Position numbers and translations under genes: made by a program. DNA of 64,000 nucleotides. It comes from Owenia fusiformis (taxonomy: Eukaryota). Position 1 is the first letter of the stretch; each line of letters opens with the position of its first letter. The notes beneath the pieces were generated by a model. That model searched no databases, was not told the DNA's origin, and saw nothing but the letters and a program-made list of their open reading frames with translations. The stretch is from positions 25,978,001 to 26,042,000 of the forward strand of contig CAIIXF020000001.1 in assembly GCA_903813345.2 (NCBI GenBank), given 5' to 3'. Shown here piece after piece: positions 39,035 through 49,597 of the stretch.

Positions 39035-39510
39035 TTTATGCCTTTTATTTTCAAATTATGTTTTGATGTAAGTGTGAAAAGTCAAGAAACGTCAACCCCG
39101 ACTTTTAATTAAAAAATGTTGGTTAATCACTTATGGCAAATCACAAGGTTGATGATGTCAACGGACCATGATCGTGGAAGGCTATCAATATCAGGTGTAT
39201 ATCGGATATAAAATAAATATAGCTAATTTTTCGCACTGATATGATGATGACTATTCTGGCGAATCGGGTAGATATTTCTCAGTTTTTTTCCGATAATAAA
39301 ACTATTCATTTCTATCAATTTAACAAACAGGGTCCTTTGAATGCACATTAAAACTATAAAAGTATTTATTGGGCGTACATACTCGTTCTGTCATGTTACT
39401 TTCATTTCATTTGCAAGTTGTCCACATATTAATCCAGCGTTTTGTTTAATCAAATTTCCCGCCCCTTGAGGTTTCCGACTGTAAAACTTAATATTTAATA
39501 CTAACCAATG

Positions 39511-39762
39511 CATCAGTTAATATTTTCAGAATACAAATTTTCCATTTTTATTTCTCTGATAGATAAAGTCTCATTTTGAATCTGTTCGTGTATTAAAGAG
39601 TATGCTTTTATAATGCCGTGGTCACATTTGCTCAGATTTTCAGCACCGGCGCCCGGCCGATGAGTATTTTGTTCAAAATTGTATTCAATTCTGAACAAGA
39701 TACTCAATCGGCCGGGCGCCGTAATGAAAATCGGAGCAAATGTTATCAAGTCATAACTGATG
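39511..39762. mobile_element. Foldback element with a 120-bp internal hairpin
   Basis: Near-perfect inverted arms across 39624-39743 (ACATTTGCTC...GGCGCCCGGCCGAT...TTGTTCA); outer IR CATCAGTTA / TAACTGATG. Confidence 0.7.
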
Positions 39763-39805
39763 AAAAATCAAATGAGAACATGAACATGGATAATAGGGGC
39801 TCTAT

Positions 39806-39889
39806 TACGCTGCGTGCAGAGTCTAATTATAAACTACGAGAAGACGAAACTCTCATTTAAGAAGTGAAGTCGAACAAATGCAAAGGGTA
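39806..39889 (-). mobile_element. AcademH-like mini element (84 bp)
   Basis: TACGCTGCGTGCAGAG ... ATGCAAAGGGTA; flanks GGGCTCTAT / GGGTACTAT (7 of 9 match). Confidence 0.8.
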
Positions 39890-40159
39890 GGGTACTATAG
39901 AAGGGGATCATATAAAAGCACGATCTATTTTACAACGCCTTTAAGTTTTGTTGCCCTTTGTGCATTTCAAAAATAAAATATCTTAATCTGATTTGTTCCA
40001 CCTTTCTTTTCGCTCAGTTCTGCAATATTATGTCCATATGTTGTTTAGGATTATGTCATTTGCGAAATAGCTGTAAGACATTATGAGAATGAATATGGGA
40101 GATTCCACGATAATGTTCTTCACATGATTTTATACACATACCTGCACAACAATCGCAAA

Positions 40160-40834
40160 CAGAAGTCTTAATATTGTCCAATAAAAAATAAGAATCTAAC
40201 ATTTAATGATAACAAAAGGATTAATTGCTTAGTTCTCTTTGTTTTAGTCTTTGTTTTCTTAAATGCGGAAGTGTACCAACATCACCTAGATTACATAAGA
40301 GATCATCTGACAGTCTAAAATTGCTTTTAATTGCAAGTTAATGCATTCCGACCAAAATTTGTATACCTGTAATTTGGGGGGGGGGCGATGTTACATCACA
40401 TAACTACAACGTTCATATAGCAATATACAATAAGCATGTCCGTATAAAAGCTAAAATTATAAAAACTCATTTCAAAGTCATTCTGTTCATGGAAGCGTCA
40501 AGTTATGAAAAACAATGCTAAACACTCAAACAAATCGACTTGATTACCTTTGAAAACTTCTTGAGAGGAAATGGACTAATGTATTTTTCTAACTCATTAG
40601 AGCGTCTGTCTGATTGAAATACTATTTTTTAAATACAAACATAAATGATTTAATCTTGGTCAGAAGTCTGAACATTGTCCAACAAAATAATAAGAATCTA
40701 ACATTTAATGATTACAAAAGGATTAATTGCTATATAGTCTTTGTCTTAGTCTTTGTTTTTCTAACGGCGGAAGTGTACCAACATCACCTTGATTACAGAA
40801 GAGATCATCTAACAGTCTCAAATTGCTTTTAATT
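40160..40834. repeat. Local direct duplication of ~173 bp (40160-40332 and 40661-40834)
   Basis: CAGAAGTCT...GCGGAAGTGTACCAACATCACCT...AATTGCTTTTAATT occurs twice, 501 bp apart. Confidence 0.9.
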
Positions 40835-41587
40835 CCCGGGTTTTAATTACATTTTATGTATAGACTTTTTGCCTCTATTCTCATTTTTAAACCTGTTTCT
40901 GTTTGCTTATTTAACAATTGTGATAAATTATTCAGTTAGTGTCGAAATCAAAACAATTTTCTACTTTATAGTCCCCTCCTCTTGCACTGAATAAATATTA
41001 AAATAAGCCAGTCTGATTGCGAATTTACAAATCCTGTAAAAGTAGCTCCAAACCGCCTTTTAATCAGAGAAAACAATAAGTTAATTCATCTGATTGCGAA
41101 AATACGAATCAATCTGATTATCTGATCCCCATGCTATTTCATCTTGATTCACAAGGTTTCGATTGTTCCTACCTGTCTCTAGACCCAGTGGAAAGCGACG
41201 ACGTGCTATTTGATTCGTGCATTATCTACAAGTCAGTCGGGCAAGGGTGAAATTATTTCATTTGAAAACAGAAATAAATATCAGAACCCCTCTAGCATTA
41301 CTATTCGGAAGAAATTCATAAAAAAATAAGGTACACAACTGATGAAGGGTCGCACACAATGCACGCACCCCTGTCCTCATCCTCGGTGTTTGCCCACACA
41401 CGACCACATTTGACAATTTTTCTAAAAGCGTTTTCCCCGGGAATATAGGTGTAGCGGTTGCCAGAAGTCGCACAGCTTGGGAGTCAGGGTATCCTGATCA
41501 ATGCCTCAACGCCTGACGGGTCTGATATTTAGAGGGGGCGCAAGAATTATTAGGGGGCGGGGTAAACATGAAAGTTGCATAAATATC

Positions 41588-41630
41588 CATAGGCGTAGCC
41601 AGGAGGGGGGGGGGGTGCGATGGGTGCGAT
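41588..41630. mobile_element. Left end only of a CATAGGCGTAGCCAG MITE
   Basis: CATAGGCGTAGCCAGG, G-run, TGCGAT; no right terminus. Confidence 0.65.
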
Positions 41631-42837
41631 AACAATAGGCTTTATATATGCTTTAATGTTTTATTTAGCATGATGCTTTTATGTAGGCTATTAATTACAG
41701 TTCTTTTTGCAATATAAAACTGGTATGTTTATGCAAATTCCGATTGGACTAATATAAAGGGATATTGTTTCATTATGTGGACTTGAGAAAGTCCGACATA
41801 CTCATTGCTTTCAACCCAAAACTTAAAATAGGAAGTTATCAAGATTCCAAGAACACGATCGCTACTTAAACAATACGTTTGTAAAATCCCGGCGATCGAA
41901 ATGCAATCAAACTTTCGCAATCAGGTGCCTAATTAGTCTTTTGATCTCTAAAGTTTTACGACTGAACGTTTCAATGAACTCGTGAGAAGCAAACGCAATC
42001 ATCATATAAACATTTTTGAAAAGTCAGTCTCGGAAGAATTTTCCAAGCATTCCCTGCTTCGATGCGTTTTTATTGCAAGGGCCGTTTAGCGCCGATAATA
42101 TAATTCATTATAAGGCATTAGGGTTGTGCTTTATTTGTTTTATTTATATAATGTTATAAATGTGTACGACACTTTAATGAATTATTTTTAGGGTTACAAT
42201 GCATATTTGACTTTTCCCTCTAAACGTTTAAAATTCATCTTTATACTTTTATACTTTTCTTAGTTTGCTTCAATAAAATTTAACATTGGATCCCAGACAG
42301 TTATCAAATTCTCAGACATTTGATTAATATAGATATTTGTACTTCCGTTGACCAGTGGTGCTGGTGTGACTGAGATTCGAATCTAATATGTTTCATTTTT
42401 ATGTAAATTGAGAGGAATAAAATTTTATTTTAAGCGTTTTAACAATCTTAACGTTTGGCGTGCAGCTCAACTTAATACACAATCAAAGGTCAGAATACAG
42501 AAATAAGAACATGCCTTTTATTTGTTATTCAAGCTCCAGCAATATCCCCGTTATAAAACCAAAATAACTGCGGTTAGGTACCATATCTTGATTACAGTTA
42601 AGCCAGGCCATCTCATTTTGGTATGCCAGAGCCACTCTTATCTGCCGATTGTGGAAGGATAAAGACAAAGGGGTTGCGGCTATCGCGATGAGGCCATCTT
42701 ATTTCTAGGAATTATTTCTGCCTCTCATTCCTTAAACCGGCTTTGTTAAACAGTGCCAAAATATATAAGTCGGAGCCAAAAACAAGACTATTTTTATATT
42801 TAAATCCCCTCACCTTGTCAATGTCTATGCTATGCCT

Positions 42838-43337
42838 CAGGCCTGTCAACTTGGGAACACCTAACATGAGTGACTTGGAAATGTTGAACACCTCCCCTCT
42901 AAATGTGGACACCTTGGTCCAAATCTGAACACCTCGATCCAAATTTTGAACACCTTGGTTTAAATTTTATTACATCTTGTGAAATTTTGAACACCTCAAA
43001 TTTTTCGCGATCGCTACGCTTGCGTTTCAAACATCCATCAACGGGGGGGGGGGGGGGGGGTAGGTACGAACATTTTCGGGACGGAATGCGTGACATATTA
43101 GTGATTCGCGTGAAAAGTCCGAACGAAATGCGTACGTTTTTTTTCGGCGTTCGTATTTTTGCTGTGTAGACGAACTTTTTTAGAAATTTTTCTACAGAAA
43201 TTTTTTTGCTTGACAATTACCAGGTAAAATGCGTATTTGCGTGACATTTTCTGTCACGCAAAAATAACTGGCGTGACTTCAAATTCTTCAGCAAATGCGT
43301 GACAAATACGCAAATTGCGGGACAGTTGACAGGCCTG
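42838..43337. mobile_element. 500-bp MITE with 14-bp TIRs and 6-bp TSD
   Basis: CAGGCCTGTCAACT / AGTTGACAGGCCTG; TSD ATGCCT (42832-42837, 43338-43343). Confidence 0.85.
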
Positions 43338-43533
43338 ATGCCTGCATCTGGTTTTCCCACCTTTGGGAGGGAGCCAATATACACATAGATTACTTACTGG
43401 CCATGGACGGGGGGTGGGGCACAGAAACGAACATTCTGGGGTCATAAGGGATACTTGGGGAAGAGGGAGGGGTGGTGGTGAATAGTGAAGTCCGGGAGTG
43501 AAGTTAAGGGGTACTGAAATCTTTCTTTTGATA

Positions 43534-43824
43534 TTTAGTGCTTGAATGGAGACTTGTTTCCACTCCCCGCATTCTAGTAGAATTTAAATATTTGATCCAA
43601 AGGAGTTATTTTAAATCAAACTTGCATTCCGATTAATTAACACTCCAATGATTGTACCGCTTCACTATTGTCTACGATAATTATAATGAATTCACGGGAC
43701 ACTATAGTATATATAGTATATTTAAACTTTAGTGGTTGGATGGAGACTTGTTTCCCCATCCGGTACACTAGTAAATTTGTAAATTTTAAATATTTGATTT
43801 AGGGAGGTATTTGCAATCCAACTC
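43534..43824. repeat. Local direct duplication of ~90 bp (43534-43622 and 43728-43824)
   Basis: TTTAGTG.TTG.ATGGAGACTTGTTTCC...TTTAAATATTTGAT is shared. Confidence 0.75.
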
Positions 43825-45375
43825 TGATGATGCAAGACTAGTCAACCAAGACTAAATTATGAACTTATTATCATTTAGACTATTGAGTTCATTAAATTAT
43901 AATTCCATAGATATCATATTTAATCCTGTCAACACAATAATGGTATTAATTGGCATGATATGTAGTCAGAGACGGTTTAAAAAGTTGTTTAGATTAATGA
44001 TATAGTATTAGGAAAAATCCTAACTCAAAGTTTTTGTTCTCTCGCAATCCAGAGCAAACCACTCGCCGGGCAAGCATTCTTTAAAAACGTGAAGTTTTCA
44101 CCATGTTGAACAGTTTTGAAAATTGTCCAATTTGAACCATCGCCTTGTATATTTCTGTAACTGCCCCCCCCCCTTGACACTCGAGTGTAAGAATCCTTTC
44201 CACACTGTCAATGGTTTTACAAAATAGTTCATGTCAGGAAGGGGGAGGGGTGAGTGTAGAGAACAATCACTGTCTGCGATTTGTATGATTGAACATTATA
44301 CACTTATCATAAATTCGTAAAGAATAGTTTTAAAATAAACAGCTTGTTTTATTTTATGATTGGAGTGATGTATGCATAGAAGAATGACACTGGTTTTGAA
44401 ATATCTTAATTATCCCATTGAATGAAGCCATCCGTCCCTCTGTCCATTTTTAAGTCATACTGGTGGACTGATTTGATTTAAAGGAGAAGTCTCGGTGTAG
44501 AACGTGTACACACTAATTGGAACGAATTTTACTCATTTCTATTTAGGATTCGTTCATATACTAGCGGGGCTTTAGAGCATTTACAAACGCACGAATTGTA
44601 TTGTTTTAAAGCAACTTTTATGACATATAATGTATTTAAAGCTGATTAATTTTAGATTATATTCGGTTCAATTTTACAAATAATGAATAGTATTACAGTA
44701 TATCGAAAAATATGTAATGATTTACATTAAATTGCGCAGACTGCAAGCAATGTACATGGTTGGCCAATTTGCATGCGCGTTCTTGATAATAAGAATTAAA
44801 GGTTGAACTTAAAAATCAAACATTTTCTTTTTTAAACATAATAAATCTTTAAATCAAGAAAATAAAAATAAGATTGATGATTGGACTTTCATAGTCAACT
44901 GCGACTGTGTCGACGCATGTTTATTTACTTAGCTAATTAGATATGTAAAATTGTTAATGGCCGCAACGGATAATACGTACATGTAAGCTGTTCGGATAAG
45001 ACATTTCTAAATGATTAATAACAAATGTTATTCAGCAGAATGTTATTCAGCAGTAACAGATCTTATTAGTTATTATTCAATTTGGATAATAAATCTATTA
45101 TCTCGTCGTATTGATGTTTATTATATAGTGTTTCTCGTTGTGTATCTCCTATGTGTGATGCTTTGGATGATGAGCAACATTTTGCTAGGATTTGTCAAAA
45201 AAATACAGAAAGAATACTTCAATTTGACACTATTAGACAATTTAATTTAATAGGCAGTCCTGATGTTATATTTAAAAAGCATATGTCCCATTAAAATTTT
45301 TATGTAAATTTACATTTAGTTAAAATCATTTATCATTCATTCAAGAATATGATAATTAATGTGTCAGTGATACAT

Positions 45376-45743
45376 TACCCTGCATGCAGAGTCTAGTTAA
45401 ACTACACTCTGCCTAGTAGAGACCATATTACAGTTTAGTAGCCCCGTTCCCACGACGGGTACCGGTGACAGTTTGGGTAAATCACTTTTGACCTACGCGC
45501 TGACCTTCCACCAATCAGCGAGCTTGAAGAAACCATATGCCAAATGCATTCTAATTAAATATGCGCATGTCATTGGTCAATTCCGGGCTCAACGATGGCG
45601 CAAGAAGGAATGACCATATAAAGAATGTCGGTCAAATTTGGCCGACGAACACTGATTGGTGCGGTGAGTTCACAGGTTTATTTTAGTTTGAAAGAGTGAA
45701 GACGAAGCTCTCTTTTAAGAAGTGAAGTGAAGTGAAGTGAAGT
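45376..45743 (-). mobile_element. AcademH-like element, long form with one terminus replaced by (GAAGT)n
   Basis: Reverse-complement match to 14563-14932; TSD GTGATACAT (45367-45375, 45744-45752). Confidence 0.85.
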
Positions 45744-46528
45744 GTGATACATCACACTGATATTTTAACATTTTGTCTTGCTGCATTTCAAAGTGCCTAA
45801 TGACTTCATATTTTTATATTTTGTCATATATTTTTGAATGTTGTTACTACAGTCTAGTTTAAATTAATTTTTGTACTAACATGTCATTGCAATGACATCA
45901 GAGAGTCATAAAAGACATAATATGTATATAATTAATATGTGTGCAATAAAAAAAAAACCATGTAAGTGACAATGCTTGGGGTCAGATGGATAGATATTAC
46001 GTGACAAGGAAGAGTGTTTTTTATTTATGAGGCATATGATGTACCACTTTCAATTAGCTTTGGTAACAGAAATATGTCACCCACTGGAATTAATCTATAT
46101 AAATCACAAAATTCATCATCATCCCATATCATGGGAAATTATATAAAATACAATTCGAACTGAAAAATGACACAAACGTAACCTTACAAAATAAAAGTTC
46201 TTCTTTTTCGATAAATGTGAAGGCTGTAATCTAAGAACTACAGGAAACTCAAGAAAGATAAATCAATTAATAACAAAATAACATAGAAGCAGCCCTGTAG
46301 ACAATTCTTGTTTTCTTGATCAATCAAAATTGAAAAACTTAAAAACATACCATCCCAAAATAAGCCAGCATGTATTTACTTGCAAGGTACAACAGGAGTG
46401 TAATCTAATGTATTATTAAAAAATCAAATATTTGTACTTCATTTACACAGACAAAGGCAATGGAAGGAAGATCAATGTAAGCCGATCATCTGGTTCATTA
46501 TGTCTGCACTGGTATTATTAGTACTTAC

Positions 46529-46874
46529 CCTTTTTACTAATGCAGCTGAGGCAACTTGACGATTTCTTTGAACGTTTATCTCTACGTTTCTTGGACTCTG
46601 AATCGAGCGATAAAATGGTTACTTTTTTATCGAGGCCTACTCCATTTGAGCGTATTTGTTCTATTGGTTCAGCGTGTCCATTTAATCCATTGCTGTTTGA
46701 TTGATTCAGTAGTTTATTTTCCTGTTGCTTTGGTGGATAAATCATCCGACCAGGACTTCCTTCCTCGATTGGGTATACTACAGCCATACCCTGACGCTTG
46801 CTGGTCATTGGGCTAGGCTTTGTAAATGTAAAGTCGCCATTGGCATTCTCTATCACATGATTGCTAGAGTACAT
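46529..46874 (-). CDS. Candidate alternative first coding exon, 115 aa (MYSSNHVIENANG...KKSSSCLSCISKK, phase 1)
   Basis: acaATG after an in-frame TAG; long hydrophilic protein-like ORF that runs into the consensus donor AGG|GTAAGT just before its stop codon. Confidence 0.75.
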
Positions 46875-49509
46875 TGTGAAGCTGGCTTCTTCTCCGTGAA
46901 TTATTCTCTAATAAATCTTAAATTAATCCTAATTCAAAGGCCTGATTTCCTGTTCTCCATCAGTCACAATATTTCAGCCAAGCTTTGAAATAAGATAGCT
47001 GATAGCTACTGAGACCTGTATTATACCTTCTTGTCTGATGTCTCAGTCTTTGTATATTCCTCTCTTTATATATACGAGTATGTACCACCGTTTCGTCAGA
47101 TCATATTAATTCTCTGCTTTATAAATGTAAGATTTACACCTGCTGTAGAAGCATATTATACTGGTATGACGCAAGAAACAATTAATCTGATTATTCTAAC
47201 GCACAATAACTAAACATTTTCTTAATATATAAAATTCTAAGCTGATATATATTAAAAGCCTTTCTTTCCTCAGCATGGCAAAAAACAATTACGTGTATCT
47301 TTACTTGCAGAATTACATAGTAAAGAAAAAGACCAAGCATATGCAAGACAAGCCATGGTTGTCGAGATGATAGCTTGTTATATAAACAATATAAATGTAT
47401 TAGGTAATTGTAATAATGATTTGGGATTAGCCGAGTTGACGACATATGAAAAAGTTTCATTTGAATCTGCTCGATATTATATTACCCTCCTTGCCCTATA
47501 CAAGATTCATGGCATTTAATATTTGAGTTATAGCCAATTGTAGAATTACTGTGGGGGATTGGTGCTAAACTAATTACACAAATATGTGAAATATCTAACA
47601 ATTTGTCTCATAATACAGACGCTAAAATTGGCTACTCTATAGGGCCCACTTATATTCTCAATCCATTTATGCATTAGGAATCTATCGGAAACCCCTGATG
47701 TTTTTTGTATTGATATGTAGGGTTAGAATGAATAAATTTGCAGTATAAAATCCTAGTATTTATTGCTAGAACCTGAAGTGCAATTAAACCCTATTAGCCT
47801 CAGAGAAGAGAAAATAAAAGCTGACGCTTCATCCTCATAATCGTTTATCTGAGATTCTGAAGAATTGGCACCAATTGATGCAATATCATACATGCATTAA
47901 TTCAACAGAAATTGATTCTATTAATATATATGCTATGATCAGTCATTAGTTAATGAATAAACAAGTAAAAAATCACTGAATTGAAGCACTGACAGAATAA
48001 ATTTTTCATGATAATCAAAAAATCTGTGTTTTGTCTAAAGTGGAGATGTTGCAATAAATCTTTCTATTTTCATTACAAATATTTCATTACATGAACAATA
48101 TTGAAGTCCTTTGAGGATTACAATTTCTGTAAATTAGCCAAATTACATCAGTAAATCACCTTGTGTTATTACTATGTTATGACAAAAATGTAACATAAAT
48201 TACAAATTGCCTAATTCTGAAATTTAATAGCCATTATTACGCCCAAGACTTAGTTGAAAAGTTACTCCAAAGGAATTAAATATTAAGTAAATCATGACAA
48301 ATAGATATAACTTGATCCATTTTGAATATGTATCAGTCAACATAAACATGGACTTAATCATATTCAATAACTTTTGCATCTACTTAAAAAAATCAGAAAA
48401 ATTCCGGGAAGAACATGCCTGGAATTCTTGCAGAGGAAAGCAGTTTTATTAGGTTCTACTATAATAGACTAGATGCGAGTAGAAATAATCTTAATTTAAT
48501 TGAATATATAAAATTCAGTCAAAGAGGTGTCATTTTTGAAATCTACATGTAAAAGTACAATGTATATCTAAATATTGTGGTTTCAAAAATTGTTCATTCA
48601 ACTTTGAAAATTTAATTTTTTTGAAAATTGATTCACTGAAACTGACAAATATTCAAGTTAAGGGAACTTTCTACTATACCCGCCATGTTATCTGACCTGA
48701 ATGAGCCACCTGGTGGTGAAACTGATAACTACCTACTCATATCTAGATTATTGTTAAGACATTAAATACTTGTTAGACTAAGATGATAGGATTTTATGAA
48801 TCCGTTTGATTCAAAGTCAAACCCTATACACAAGTAGAAAAGTTGCAAATATGAAAATATGAAAAAGTTTTCAGAATATCATACAAATCTGCACGGAACA
48901 TGACACCTCTTCATAATCATAGCTTTTATCAAAATGGAGACACGTATCATCATTAAAGCAGATCAAAGAAATGAGTCAGAATCTTTAAGGATGGAGTTGA
49001 GAGCCAGAATCCTCTTAGGAACCTCTTATTCCATAAGCCAATGATTCTCATAATGCTAAATACTTATTTATGGCATGACATGGAATTCTCAGAGAACCCC
49101 TGTATCAGGAAGAAATATATACTTAAAATATAATCATGGCAATTTGAATGTGCTCTACCATATGAAACATTCAAAAATGTAAATATTCAGAGATTTCCAA
49201 TAACATAAGATTATATATGTTTTATAGAAGCTAGAAATAGGTGAATCATCATTGATGACAGCATAAATCTATGCTAAATATGACAATGTTAGATGACTGG
49301 AGACAAAATCCATAAGTTGCTTGTGTCAGGTTGACATTTTTCTGCATGGTGATGAAGTACCAATGCAAAGCAAGTAAAAAAGTTTACCTAGATCCAGATG
49401 CATTATTCAGTAGATGCACAATTTGAATAGATGAGTTCGTCAGTGAATAAGTAGGAATGCTACCATTCTATAAAATCGAATATCTTAAAGCGATTAATAA
49501 ATCTTTTAC

Positions 49510-49597
49510 CTGAATCTTTCTCCCAGAAGTCATCCCAAGAATCTTCGAAAAATAATTTTACAATTTCATTGGACCGAGACTTGTTGATGTTCAACAT
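49510..49597 (-). CDS. Candidate alternative first coding exon (MLNINKSRSNEIVKLFFEDSWDDFWEKDS, phase 1)
   Basis: aaaATG after an in-frame TAG; 29 codons + 1 nt; donor CAG|GTAAAA. Confidence 0.6.

Noticed and set aside
42712-43445. Cluster of overlapping ORFs on both strands
   Set aside because: Explained by the GC-richer 42838-43337 MITE and adjacent G-runs.
46556-46988. Plus-strand ORFs overlapping the 46529-46874 exon
   Set aside because: Antisense shadows of the more protein-like minus-strand frame.
49388-49403. MHLDL phase-1 mini-exon (also MEI near 18613)
   Set aside because: Too short, with mediocre donors; expected by chance, so not counted in the exon array.
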